Below, piece by piece: positions 38,596-48,334 of a DNA stretch of 64,000 nucleotides. How positions within the stretch are numbered: the stretch's first letter is position 1; every line of letters begins with the position of its first letter. This stretch comes from an uncultured archaeon (GTDB lineage Archaea; Asgardarchaeota; Thorarchaeia; Thorarchaeales; Thorarchaeaceae): the NCBI GenBank assembly GCA_964558645.1, contig CAZLEV010000013.1, positions 32,001 to 96,000 of the forward strand. Reading direction: 5' to 3'. A program made the position numbers and the translations under genes. Below the pieces are notes generated by a model, which was not told the origin of the DNA, made no database searches, and saw only the letters and a program-made list of their open reading frames with translations.

Positions 38596-39795
38596 TTAGA
38601 ATACCTCTCCAAGGGGCTCATCGAGCAGGTATTCTTCGTCTGCTCTCCACTCACCATCACCGAGATAGTTCTTGTGATAGAAGAAGTAGGTGAATGATGA
38701 ATCAAGCTGTAGCTGAAACACATCTAGATTACGAGTGTGTTCCCATATGAACTCCGATACTTCAGGGGCCACTGAGGGAGGGGCCGTGATGAAAAGAACA
38801 AAGCGTTTCTCCTCTATGCTGGCCTTCGACTCGAAGGGTATACCTCCAGACTGTAAGAACCAATACAGACTGTCGGCATCGAGTTCGTCATCCTCTTTGA
38901 ACTGCCCGGTCATGAGTTGAGGATAGGTCAAGTCGAAGACTGACCTGTCATAGTAGAGCATGTCATCTGGTGCCACACTCTCTCTAAGTCGCTTGAGCCT
39001 CCTTGAAACTGTAGTTGGATCCCGATTGTAGACTGGACCCAGCGGCTTGATATCCGGTTTTCCGTTGATAGTGAGTTCTCTCAAGAGAGCTAGGTCTATT
39101 TCATCGAAACAGAATGCCATCTCAGGTCGGGATGGTTCAAGAGGGCGACCATCATATGTGTCTTGAAATCTCCTCCAGAGGCTCTCAATGCGACTCAGGT
39201 GGCTGCCTCTTCCTGACTTTGTACCATATTCTACAGCCCATTTGTTCTCAACAAGACTCCATTTGTCAAAGTCCGCTTCGTGCTCTGCCAATGATTGTGT
39301 TTCGTAGAGTTGGAATACACGGAACAGATTACGTTCCTTGAGCTCCGCATACATCTTGGCCATCAGCTCGGTAGCAGCTGGAGGTATGTCGAACTGGGCA
39401 TAGAGAGTGGCTCCACTGCTGTAGCCTATTGTACGGAAATGCGTGTAGGGATGGACGTCACAGAGGGTCTTGAGATTGTCGAGAGATGAACGCCCAAGAA
39501 CATCCACAAATAGCACATGCTGACGCAGAAGGCCCAATCGGTGAGGTCTGTAGACGGCTTCCACTTCTGTCTGGGTTCTATTTCCAAAAATGGGATCCTT
39601 TATCGTACGATCGGGTCGCAAGAAACCTGAATCTTTCATCCTCTGGATACGAATCCTGACAGACTCCGAGGAGATGGGTACTCTCTCACTCACCTCCCTG
39701 CTAATGGCGGTGTTACTTAGAGATGGGTCTCTCTCGTGGCTGAGAAAAATGAGATAGTCCTTGAGGTCTAGACCATAGCTACTCCAAGCCACCAT
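38596..39795 (-). CDS. Large double-HTH (Lrp/AsnC-like) regulator
   Basis: Two HTH segments (NTAISREV..SSESVRIRIQRM; DEIDLALLREL..DPTTVSRRLKRL). Confidence 0.7.
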   Translation of the reverse strand: MVAWSSYGLDLKDYLIFLSHERDPSLSNTAISREVSERVPISSESVRIRIQRMKDSGFLRPDRTIKDPIFGNRTQTEVEAVYRPHRLGLLRQHVLFVDVLGRSSLDNLKTLCDVHPYTHFRTIGYSSGATLYAQFDIPPAATELMAKMYAELKERNLFRVFQLYETQSLAEHEADFDKWSLVENKWAVEYGTKSGRGSHLSRIESLWRRFQDTYDGRPLEPSRPEMAFCFDEIDLALLRELTINGKPDIKPLGPVYNRDPTTVSRRLKRLRESVAPDDMLYYDRSVFDLTYPQLMTGQFKEDDELDADSLYWFLQSGGIPFESKASIEEKRFVLFITAPPSVAPEVSEFIWEHTRNLDVFQLQLDSSFTYFFYHKNYLGDGEWRADEEYLLDEPLGEVF

Positions 39796-39835
39796 ATTCA
39801 GTCACGCCTTCTTGATACAAACGTCATATAATCAA

Positions 39836-39870
39836 GAGAACCGGTCAACGCAATCGCACCGCCGGTTCTC
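39836..39870 (-). terminator. Hairpin downstream of the 39874-40377 gene
   Basis: GAGAACCGG...CCGGTTCTC 9-bp inverted repeat. Confidence 0.45.
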
Positions 39871-39873
39871 ATA

Positions 39874-40377
39874 TCAATAGACTCCAAAGGCCGGTTTTCC
39901 GCCTTCACTTCCTCCAGGTGGGTCAAAGACATACTCTACCGAGTCCTCGGCAATAGCGGGGTAGACCATCAAAGCGTCCACGAAGACTGTATAATCGCCG
40001 CTCTCCGTTGCATGATCAAAGAACACGTTGTGGAGACGGACAGTGTGAACCCATGCGAGTACATAGACCAGATATGAATACTGGTTGCCTGAAGGTAGTT
40101 GAAGAGTAATCACATAGGCGAACTCGTAGTATGGGAAGTCAGCGAGATCGAACCTCACGATTACAAGGACATCGTTCTCAAGGAGATCCTGATCCAGGTC
40201 CAGATAGCATGCGTCTTCAATTGTCACCTTGATTTCTGCTGTGTAGTCTGTAGAGTCGGACGACGCAGCGTGAGCAACGGGAGTGGTCGCCATCACCAGA
40301 AACACGGAGAAGAGTACTGCCATGACTGCAGCCGTTCTTCTTGAATCCCACCGGATATTGCAGCTTATGGTTCTCAT
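39874..40377 (-). CDS. Secreted hypothetical protein
   Basis: Signal peptide (AHA cleavage), acidic beta-rich body. Confidence 0.7.
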   Translation of the reverse strand: MRTISCNIRWDSRRTAAVMAVLFSVFLVMATTPVAHAASSDSTDYTAEIKVTIEDACYLDLDQDLLENDVLVIVRFDLADFPYYEFAYVITLQLPSGNQYSYLVYVLAWVHTVRLHNVFFDHATESGDYTVFVDALMVYPAIAEDSVEYVFDPPGGSEGGKPAFGVY

Positions 40378-40554
40378 GGCCTATATCTCTCCTCTGCATG
40401 GAAGCAAGGAAGGCATTTATTCGTTTTGGGAAGTCGTGCACACTGTTTTTCCAGAATCATTTATATATTTGCTTGTTATACGTGCGTGCTATCAGGGGAT
40501 CAGTTTTCCCCTGCGGAGTCCCTTCTGGAGAGAGAGGGACTAGCGGTGATTGTG

Positions 40555-42654
40555 ATGAGAAGTCAAAAGAAGATAATGCTCTTCTCAGCCATTCTAGTAC
40601 CACTGCTTCTTTTTTCAAGTGCAAATATCGCACTTGCTGGTACTATTGGTGAACAGAAGATAGTAGATGCAGTCATCCTGTTCAAGCCTGGTGTCGATGT
40701 GAACCTGCGCGATGCAGATATCACCCATCGATATAGTGCTCTAAACGGGATAGCAGCAAGGATGCCTCTCTGGCTCTATAAATCACTCGAGTCGATGTGG
40801 TTTGTCGATGCCATTGCCCTCGACGAAGAGATGAGTCTGTTTCAGGACACCCTTGACTGGGGAGTCGACGCTATCGACGCCGAGGTAGTCTGGGGCGGTG
40901 CCCAGGGTGCCACAGATGTCATCCCGGGTAATATTGCCGGTGCAGGAGTAAAAGTCGCCATTCTCGACACAGGCATTGATTATACCCACCCGGACCTCGA
41001 AATCAATTACGCAGGAGGTTATGACTTCGTGGACAATGACAATGATCCCAAGGATGGGCACGGTCATGGCACCCATTGCGCTGGGATTGTTGCGGCTGCA
41101 GACAACGACTTGGGAGTCATTGGTGTTGCTCCAATGGCATCGATTTACGCTGTACGAGTTTTGAACGATCAGGGTTCAGGTTATACCAGCGATATAATCG
41201 CGGGGATTGATTGGTCGGTGGATAATAGCATGCATGTCATCTCGATGAGCCTCGGTGGAGGTAGCTACGACAGTGCCTTCAACGCTGCCATCAATCGTGC
41301 ATATGATGCCAACATAGTTGTTGTTGCAGCCTCGGGGAATGACGGAAAGGGGACTATTTCCTATCCTGCAAAATACGAGAATGCCATTGCTGTGGGAGCC
41401 ATCGACAAGAATTATCAGCTAGCCAGCTTCAGTAACTACGGACCTGAACAGGAAGTTGTGGCGCCAGGTGTTGACATATACTCAACTATGCCCACATACA
41501 CTGTCACAATGAACAGTTGGTGGTATGGCGGATATAGCAAGAACTACGATACCATGAGCGGTACATCGATGGCCTGCCCGATGGTGGCTGGTGCTGTAGC
41601 CCTCGTTCGTGAAGCGAACCCAGACTTGACTGCACCCGAGATAAGGAACATCTTGCATACAACCTCAGTTGACCTTGGAGAGCAAGGATGGGATCAGTAC
41701 TATGGCTATGGCCTCGTTAATGCTAAGGCAGCTGTCGATGAGGCAGGTGAGGGTACGCCACCTGACACCACACCACCTGCAAAAGTCACGGGCCTAACGG
41801 CCACTACAGCTTCCCATTCTCAGATAGACCTTAGCTGGGATGCAAATACCGAGGAAGACCTCAGCCACTACAACGTCTATCGCGATGGTGCAAAGATTGC
41901 AGAGACTACGAATACATACCTCAGCGATACGGGTCTCTCACCCGAAACAACTTACACATACGAGGTATCAGCTCTGGACACCTCAGGCAATGAGGGAGAG
42001 AAGTCGGATTCAGCGTCAGCAACAACCGATCCTGAACCACCCGATACAACCCCGCCCGATAAGGTGACTGGTCTCTCGGCTAATGCCATCTCGCAAACAG
42101 GGATAGACCTTAGCTGGAATGCAAATACCGAAGAGGATCTCAGCCATTACAACGTATACCGCGATGGTGTCAAAATCGCAGAAACGATCAACAGCTACTA
42201 CACAGACAGTGGCCTGTCCTCGCAAACAACCTACACCTACGAAGTTTCAGCTGTGGACACCTCGGGCAACGAGGGGCAGAAGTCTGACCCCGCCTCAGCA
42301 ACCACTTATGGCGAGAACTCGATACATGTTGCATCTATCGATATGTGGTATCAAACAGTGAGATGGTGGTGGTTCGTCATTGGTTACGATGTCTTCACAA
42401 AGGTAACGGTACATGACGGAAGCGGAAATGCTTTGGAAGGCGTGACTGTATACCTTGAGATGGAATTACCGGGTGGCGGAACCGCAACGGGCAATGCAAA
42501 TACGGGAGCCGACGGAAGTGTCACGTTCGTCTATGAGGCGAGTTCCAGTCAGAAGGGCACGTACACATCGACGGTGACTAACCTTGTCAAGAGTGGATAC
42601 ACCTATGTCCCAGACGACAATGTTCAGACGTCCGAAAGCCTGAATGTGCCATAG
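40555..42654 (+). CDS. Secreted subtilisin-like (S8) serine protease with two FN3 domains
   Basis: ILDTG, HGTHCAG, GTSMA triad; signal peptide from ATG 40555; two FN3 repeats. Confidence 0.92.
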   Translation: MRSQKKIMLFSAILVPLLLFSSANIALAGTIGEQKIVDAVILFKPGVDVNLRDADITHRYSALNGIAARMPLWLYKSLESMWFVDAIALDEEMSLFQDTLDWGVDAIDAEVVWGGAQGATDVIPGNIAGAGVKVAILDTGIDYTHPDLEINYAGGYDFVDNDNDPKDGHGHGTHCAGIVAAADNDLGVIGVAPMASIYAVRVLNDQGSGYTSDIIAGIDWSVDNSMHVISMSLGGGSYDSAFNAAINRAYDANIVVVAASGNDGKGTISYPAKYENAIAVGAIDKNYQLASFSNYGPEQEVVAPGVDIYSTMPTYTVTMNSWWYGGYSKNYDTMSGTSMACPMVAGAVALVREANPDLTAPEIRNILHTTSVDLGEQGWDQYYGYGLVNAKAAVDEAGEGTPPDTTPPAKVTGLTATTASHSQIDLSWDANTEEDLSHYNVYRDGAKIAETTNTYLSDTGLSPETTYTYEVSALDTSGNEGEKSDSASATTDPEPPDTTPPDKVTGLSANAISQTGIDLSWNANTEEDLSHYNVYRDGVKIAETINSYYTDSGLSSQTTYTYEVSAVDTSGNEGQKSDPASATTYGENSIHVASIDMWYQTVRWWWFVIGYDVFTKVTVHDGSGNALEGVTVYLEMELPGGGTATGNANTGADGSVTFVYEASSSQKGTYTSTVTNLVKSGYTYVPDDNVQTSESLNVP
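41761..42306 (+). repeat. Intragenic tandem duplication of an FN3 domain (279-nt period)
   Basis: PDTTPPxKVTGL..IDLSWxANTEEDLSHYNVYRDG..YTYEVSA.DTSGNEG occurs twice with high DNA identity. Confidence 0.85.
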
Positions 42655-42669
42655 AGCGAGAAACTCTTT

Positions 42670-42713
42670 GGATGGGAATGCGTATTCATATTGTGTTCCC
42701 ATCCCTCTTTTTT
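42670..42713 (+). terminator. Hairpin plus T-tract terminator between the convergent protease and MFS genes
   Basis: GGATGGGAA...TTCCCATCC followed by CTCTTTTTT. Confidence 0.65.
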
Positions 42714-44202
42714 ATTCGAATCTGGCCTTGCGTTTCTTCCGGTCCTCTCTTCTCTGACGTATCGGTAGCTGGAATGTCTGGCGGAGGCCATCTACCGTTG
42801 ACAATGTCTTGACGCTACGACGGGTCTCCTCCAGTATCGCGTCCAACACGATATGCTCATCTACCTCACCAGTTTCCTTCACCAACGCGAGTCTATGAAG
42901 AGCGTAAACACCAACAACGACGGAAACCACAAAGACGAAATCTAACCCACTCAGATGGAAGGTGAAGAATTGCAGGACTCCCTCAGGTGCTGTCCAAATC
43001 ACAGTGAATGACAGCTGACGTAGTGAGAAGAAGTCTGCAAGTATTCCCCCAGCAAAGGGAGCAATGGATCCTGCGATTGCAATCACGATTCCCCTCGCCG
43101 CAAGATACGACGTGGACTCACCACGGGGTGCCAACTTGAGTCCGATATTACCCGAGGTGAGGACTACACCTGCAGAGGATATTCCAGTCAAGGTATGGAT
43201 AACCAGTAGAAGAGGAATTGTGAATATATGATATCCCGGGAGTGTTGTGAAGGTCCAGAGTAGAACTCCAGTCATGTACATGGGGACGGTAACCTGGAGA
43301 ACCGACTTGTTGCTGTATCTGTCAGAGAGCCGGCCCCAGAGCCTGAAGAATCCGATGCTAGCAGTCTGTGTCAAGACTGTAAAGAAGATTGCAGAGGGAA
43401 CACTCAAGCCCAAGTGGGAGAGTAAATACACAGAGAAGAATGGAGCAGCAAGTGCTGTCGAGAGAGTCCAGACAAACGAGAAACGCATCAGGTTCCCGAA
43501 GTTCTCATCTTGAAATGGCTGAGTGATGGACTCGCGAAAAGAGCGTCTGGAGTCAGGAGTGTACAGTCTGGGCTCTGGTATTTTGAAGATGTAGTATATG
43601 GCTAAGACTCCGCTTAGGATGGCCACTGAGAAGAGAACGGAATAACCAACTAGGGGAGCCGATGTGTTCTGTAGTGCCCAATAGTCCACAAGCACTCCAG
43701 CCAGAAGAGAAACTGGGACTCCCACTGCTGTAGAGATTGAGAGTCGCCTCGAGAAATACGAACCAAGACGATCCTGTGGAACCAAGTCCCTTAACCACGA
43801 GTTCCAACCTGGTGATCCAATGGCCACAAACGTGGCTTGGAGGAACACAGATATGATGAGAAGGAGGAGGCCAGCAGCCGATTCTGCAATGAACGGAATC
43901 AATGCCATCAGCAACAACGCAACACGATTCAGGGAGGTCGTTATCAAGTTGATCTTCTTCCTCTCGTGATATTTCTCTACGAGGAAGACAGAGGGAATCT
44001 GCAGTAACTGCGCAAGAGAGGGAATAGCAGCAAGGATTCCAATGACCACATTGGAGGCTCCGAGAAGTAGAGCGAAAGAAACCAGAAGGACTCCCTCTGT
44101 CAGTGTCAGACGAATCTGGGTGAAGAAGCCGTGCTTCAGGAGATCGTTGAGTGCGTCTTCTCGTTCCTGTGTTGTGAGGGAATCACGTGTTCTTAGATCC
44201 AA
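42712..44202 (-). CDS. MFS transporter
   Basis: About 12 TM helices, WGRLSDRYSNK motif-A-like loop. Confidence 0.88.
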   Translation of the reverse strand: MDLRTRDSLTTQEREDALNDLLKHGFFTQIRLTLTEGVLLVSFALLLGASNVVIGILAAIPSLAQLLQIPSVFLVEKYHERKKINLITTSLNRVALLLMALIPFIAESAAGLLLLIISVFLQATFVAIGSPGWNSWLRDLVPQDRLGSYFSRRLSISTAVGVPVSLLAGVLVDYWALQNTSAPLVGYSVLFSVAILSGVLAIYYIFKIPEPRLYTPDSRRSFRESITQPFQDENFGNLMRFSFVWTLSTALAAPFFSVYLLSHLGLSVPSAIFFTVLTQTASIGFFRLWGRLSDRYSNKSVLQVTVPMYMTGVLLWTFTTLPGYHIFTIPLLLVIHTLTGISSAGVVLTSGNIGLKLAPRGESTSYLAARGIVIAIAGSIAPFAGGILADFFSLRQLSFTVIWTAPEGVLQFFTFHLSGLDFVFVVSVVVGVYALHRLALVKETGEVDEHIVLDAILEETRRSVKTLSTVDGLRQTFQLPIRQRREDRKKRKARFE

Positions 44203-44351
44203 GTTGGTGCTGCCTCCTTGCCTGACATGCGGAGAACTAATGCACAGAAAAAGATGACGCGCCTTAAGATCAACATTCGATAATCAATTGACGGGTCATA
44301 AGACAAGCCTTAAGAAACTGCAGACTGGGAACCGTAGGTCAAGCAGAGAGT

Positions 44352-44639
44352 TTGGTCCATTTGTCATACTGTGTCTTGGTCAAAGGCCCCTGCAGAGGTA
44401 AGAAATGTGACTTCTGGGCCAGAGTCAGACTGAAAAAGAAGTCAGTCAGCACTATCGTCAGAGAGTTGGAAGAAGCAATACAGATATGCAACGCACACGA
44501 TGGCAAGACTTTGGATGATGCCATCAGAACCTACTGGTCAGAGGTCGGAATCAGAGATATGAATAGACTCTGCGAAGAAGAACCAGAGCTCTGCTCCAAA
44601 ATACGACAAATCGAGGAAATTGCCGCCTCTAACACCTGA
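44352..44639 (+). CDS. Small Cys-containing hypothetical protein
   Basis: C-x5-C-x4-C-D-F-W N-terminus; intergenic position with CTTAAG upstream. Confidence 0.6.
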   Translation: MVHLSYCVLVKGPCRGKKCDFWARVRLKKKSVSTIVRELEEAIQICNAHDGKTLDDAIRTYWSEVGIRDMNRLCEEEPELCSKIRQIEEIAASNT

Positions 44640-44675
44640 GAACCTCCGATCGCAGGTGGTGGGCATTCCTGAGAA

Positions 44676-46283
44676 TCACTGGAACTCAGGAGGGACCGGC
44701 ACCATGTTCTCCCGGTTTAGCAACCAAAAGGAATCCAGTGCCCTCTTCACAGTCTGAATCTCGGCTATGCCTTCATCACCGTAGAGAACCTTGAGAAATC
44801 GGCGTTTGAGTTTCCCAATCCCATGCTCAGCTGCTACAGTGCCTCCGAGTTCTACTGCGCGTTGTGCAAACAGCATATAGTTGTCCATGCCCTGTTGAAC
44901 CTCCTCCGAGTTACGAGGAATCATGTTCATGTGAAGATGGTTGTCGCCTATGTGTCCAAAAATCACATGCTCCATATTCTGTGATTCCAGCGTGGTTCTG
45001 CAGAACTCAAGGTAGCCCCTGAGAGCTGGGTCGGGAACAGCCATGTCAGTGCCTATCTTGTGTATTTCGGGATACTCTTGCTTGCGTTGCGCAATCAATC
45101 CGTTGATTGTTTCTGGAACAAAGTGTCGAACAGTCTTCATCTTTTCGAGTTCGGTATAATCAAGACCAGCCCAGCTCGACTCGGATGATGAGTTATGTCT
45201 ATTCAGAATCTCCTCAAGGCCTAGCACCTTCTCCTCCATCTTATCTTCAGTGTAGGAGAACTCAAAGAATACAATCGCTTGAGTGTCATCAGTCATTGCA
45301 GGTACGGTCAGACCAGCGCTGGATGCCTTCTCTCTGATCATGTTGAGAGCGTTCGGGCCGAAATACTCCAAGAAGTCCATAGGAACGGGAGTATCGGGAG
45401 CTCTGACTTCATAGACGAAATCGACAGCGTCTTCTTCGCTGGGAAAGAATGCCATGACTGTCATGAGATTCTCGGGAAGAGGAATCAGCCCCAATTCGAC
45501 CACAGTAATGACACCAAGAATACCCTCGCAGCCTATGAAGAGGTCAATCAAATCCATCTCCTGTTTTGCATAGAGACCAGCTGCATTCTTGGTGTTCGGC
45601 ATCTCGTATGTCGGGATGGGCAATTGAATCATCTCACCGTCTGAGAGCTCAATCTGGAAGATACCTCCCTCAGACAGTACCTCGCCCCGAGTAATGTCCA
45701 GAATATCCCCGTTAGCCAATACTACACGAATGCGCTTCACCCAATCACGTGTGGCACCGTACCGAAACGTTCGGGCACCAGAGGCATTGCAGGCCACAAC
45801 CCCTCCAAGCCAAGCGCTAGTTTCCGTTGGGTCAACAGGAAAGGTGTATTTGGACTGCTCTGATAGGAAGCGCTCAAGAGCTGACTCCTGCTCAGCTGTC
45901 CCTTTGTCCTTAAGCATATCCAGGTTCTTCTTCTGAATGAAGTCGACCAAGTCCTCCAGCAGAACTCCGGTCTCGGCGGCGACCGTGTACATGTCCTCAT
46001 CCGGATAGTAGTTCACGTACAGCATTCGATTGAGCTTCTCAAGATTCAGAGCCATTCCCCCCATTGGGACAGCCCCTCCTGTAAGCCCTGTTCGCCCGCC
46101 CTGTATTGTGACTTGCGTCCGTTTCTTAGTTGCATTATGAAGTATTGTTGATATCTCAGCCTCGGTAGAGGGAAACACAAGCTGGTCAGCTGTACCATCG
46201 AAAGAGTGAGATTCGTCATCCAAGTACAGTGCATAGGTATCTTTGATATCTGCCTGATTCGTGATCGTCTTTGTGTCAGACAA
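44676..46283 (-). CDS. FAD-binding oxidoreductase (GlcD/D-lactate dehydrogenase family)
   Basis: GGRTGLTGGA, GGVVACNASG, GCEGILG, GHIGDNHLH, EHGIG. The ORF-track start (46559) overlaps the divergent gene, so TTG 46283 is preferred. Confidence 0.87.
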   Translation of the reverse strand: MSDTKTITNQADIKDTYALYLDDESHSFDGTADQLVFPSTEAEISTILHNATKKRTQVTIQGGRTGLTGGAVPMGGMALNLEKLNRMLYVNYYPDEDMYTVAAETGVLLEDLVDFIQKKNLDMLKDKGTAEQESALERFLSEQSKYTFPVDPTETSAWLGGVVACNASGARTFRYGATRDWVKRIRVVLANGDILDITRGEVLSEGGIFQIELSDGEMIQLPIPTYEMPNTKNAAGLYAKQEMDLIDLFIGCEGILGVITVVELGLIPLPENLMTVMAFFPSEEDAVDFVYEVRAPDTPVPMDFLEYFGPNALNMIREKASSAGLTVPAMTDDTQAIVFFEFSYTEDKMEEKVLGLEEILNRHNSSSESSWAGLDYTELEKMKTVRHFVPETINGLIAQRKQEYPEIHKIGTDMAVPDPALRGYLEFCRTTLESQNMEHVIFGHIGDNHLHMNMIPRNSEEVQQGMDNYMLFAQRAVELGGTVAAEHGIGKLKRRFLKVLYGDEGIAEIQTVKRALDSFWLLNRENMVPVPPEFQ

Positions 46284-46434
46284 ATCGACATACTTCGCCT
46301 GTTCAGCCTTTATTCGGTTCGTGCACAAAGTCTTCACCCAAAAGGTCTTGAGAACAGTGACATGGATTATGTTATCAAGTCTTAGGTAAGTCGGTGGATA
46401 GTGGGTTATACGAAAAGGAGGACCTCGAAGCAAG

Positions 46435-47334
46435 ATGAGAATAGCAGCAATCTCTGACATACACGTACGTCCTGACGGGAGTGATGCACCCCTCATTCGG
46501 GAGATTAGACGTCGTGTAGAGGAGATTGCACCTGATATCTTCATAATTGCGGGGGACATAAGTGATCATAGTGCGGTACTATCAGAAACTCTCGCCGAAT
46601 TGCATATTGAAGATATACCCTGTCTATATGTTGCGGGCAATCATGACATCTGGTTTGAGAGTGAGGCGGGGCTGAGCTCGCTAAGGAAATACTCGTATCT
46701 GGTGGGCAACATCTGCAGAAACAACGAATTCATACACCTTCCTGACAAATCACATGTTGAAGGAACCCTTGCATTTGTTGGGAGCATTGGCTGGTCAGAC
46801 TATACCTTCAGACGCACCGATTTGGATATCCCAGAAGAGCAGTATGAGAAGAAAGAGTATCGAGGTGCTTTCTGGTACGACATGTTCAATATAGACTGGG
46901 AATTCTCAGACAAAGAGGCTACAGACCTCTTCAACCGGAAGTTGGAATACGACCTCAGCATCTTGCCTGAGGAGGTCACAAGAGTTGTCTATGTTTCTCA
47001 TCACCTGCCCTTCAAGGAACTGACAGTCTACAAGAATAAGATGCCTTGGGACTTCTTCTCAGCCTATATGGGTTCGATTAAGACTGGTGAGATACTACTG
47101 AGCGATGAGCGCCCGATACTCTCTATATCGGGCCACAGCCACATAAGAAACAAAATCCAGAAGGAATCTATAACAGCGGTGACAGTACCCCTAGGCTATG
47201 GCAGGCCCCTCGATGATGACTATTCAAATCTCGTACGAGATGCCGTAGCGGAGATTGTAATCCAAGGGCGGGATGTCGTAATACCAACTTTCGTTGAGGG
47301 AAACATCTGCAGAGGTTTACCGTACACCAGATGA
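46435..47334 (+). CDS. Calcineurin-like metallophosphoesterase
   Basis: SDIH, GDI, GNHD, HH, GHSH motifs. Confidence 0.88.
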   Translation: MRIAAISDIHVRPDGSDAPLIREIRRRVEEIAPDIFIIAGDISDHSAVLSETLAELHIEDIPCLYVAGNHDIWFESEAGLSSLRKYSYLVGNICRNNEFIHLPDKSHVEGTLAFVGSIGWSDYTFRRTDLDIPEEQYEKKEYRGAFWYDMFNIDWEFSDKEATDLFNRKLEYDLSILPEEVTRVVYVSHHLPFKELTVYKNKMPWDFFSAYMGSIKTGEILLSDERPILSISGHSHIRNKIQKESITAVTVPLGYGRPLDDDYSNLVRDAVAEIVIQGRDVVIPTFVEGNICRGLPYTR

Positions 47335-47754
47335 TGGAAATCGGTTGTTGTCTTGGTTTGAAGATGCATGGGATACTGATGGAAACCGAGATCTCAGGAA
47401 CTCGGAACGTGAGAAGCTCGCAGAGCTCATGCTGGTCCGATCTGGCACGTGTCCGCCTGCAGAGTCTTTTCCTAATGCTGCTGCAACTCATACGATTGTC
47501 AGTAGGGCCAAGACCAACAGGATAGCAACATCGCTGCTTAATGTGAGAATCATGAGCATCCACACCTATGCATCCAGTTTCAGAGCCAACGCTGGATTTG
47601 CCTGCCAAGGAAGAAGAACACGGTCGGTACATTAATGAATTGAGGGCCTCTCAGCATCCTAGACCCGTTCGATAGAGAGATTCTTCATGGTCACCCAGGC
47701 GGTGCCAGCCCTTGAAGGTAATCAGATGATGCCGGGAAACGCTCCAAGCGAACG

Positions 47755-48270
47755 GTGCCATTGGAGACAAGTGTAGTGCCCAAACGAGCTCGATGCCCCT
47801 ACTGTGACAGACTCTTCTCTCGAGACCGTCTTGACGACCATGTTAGCCACTGCAGGAGGAGGATTGTCCAGACAGGGACGAGCAAGCCTACCCATCGGCC
47901 CATTATGATTGTGGACGGAAACAATGTGGCATACTATTTGTCAAGCACAGGTGTACCGAAAGTGCATAACCTGATTCTAGCGAGGCAGAGTCTGAAACAG
48001 GCGGGATACAGACCAATCATTGTGGTGTCGGCTGCACTGATTCATAAGATTGATCGACCTGAAGTGCTGAGAAACATGATAGATGGCATCTCTGTGGTCG
48101 AATCGCCCCGAGGGACAAACGACGATCTGACCATAGTCAGGCTTGCAAAGCAAAGAAACGCAGAGATATTAAGCAATGACAGGTTCCTTGACTGGCAGGA
48201 CCGCTTTCCGTGGCTCACTTCTCGACTAAGGAGGTATAGGATGACGCCCGCGGGTCTGATTCTATCATAA
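47755..48270 (+). CDS. Zc3h12a/Regnase-like NYN (PIN) ribonuclease with N-terminal zinc finger
   Basis: CPYC..H...C finger; VDGNNVA, NDD, LSNDRFLDW catalytic-type motifs. Confidence 0.8.
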   Translation: MPLETSVVPKRARCPYCDRLFSRDRLDDHVSHCRRRIVQTGTSKPTHRPIMIVDGNNVAYYLSSTGVPKVHNLILARQSLKQAGYRPIIVVSAALIHKIDRPEVLRNMIDGISVVESPRGTNDDLTIVRLAKQRNAEILSNDRFLDWQDRFPWLTSRLRRYRMTPAGLILS

Positions 48271-48295
48271 GACTTCGATGCTTCGAAAGCGTTAA

Positions 48296-48317
48296 AATCG
48301 CCTTTTAGGTGGCGATT
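48296..48317. promoter_or_regulatory. AATCGCC-N8-GGCGATT inverted repeat upstream of alaS
   Basis: 7-bp inverted repeat between GTTAAAA and the start; could be an operator or a terminator. Confidence 0.3.
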
Positions 48318-48334
48318 CTATAACATTTCGAGTC

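Noticed and set aside
46284-46559. N-terminal extension of the FAD oxidoreductase in the ORF track
   Set aside because: It overlaps the divergent metallophosphoesterase gene and its promoter; family similarity begins near 46283.
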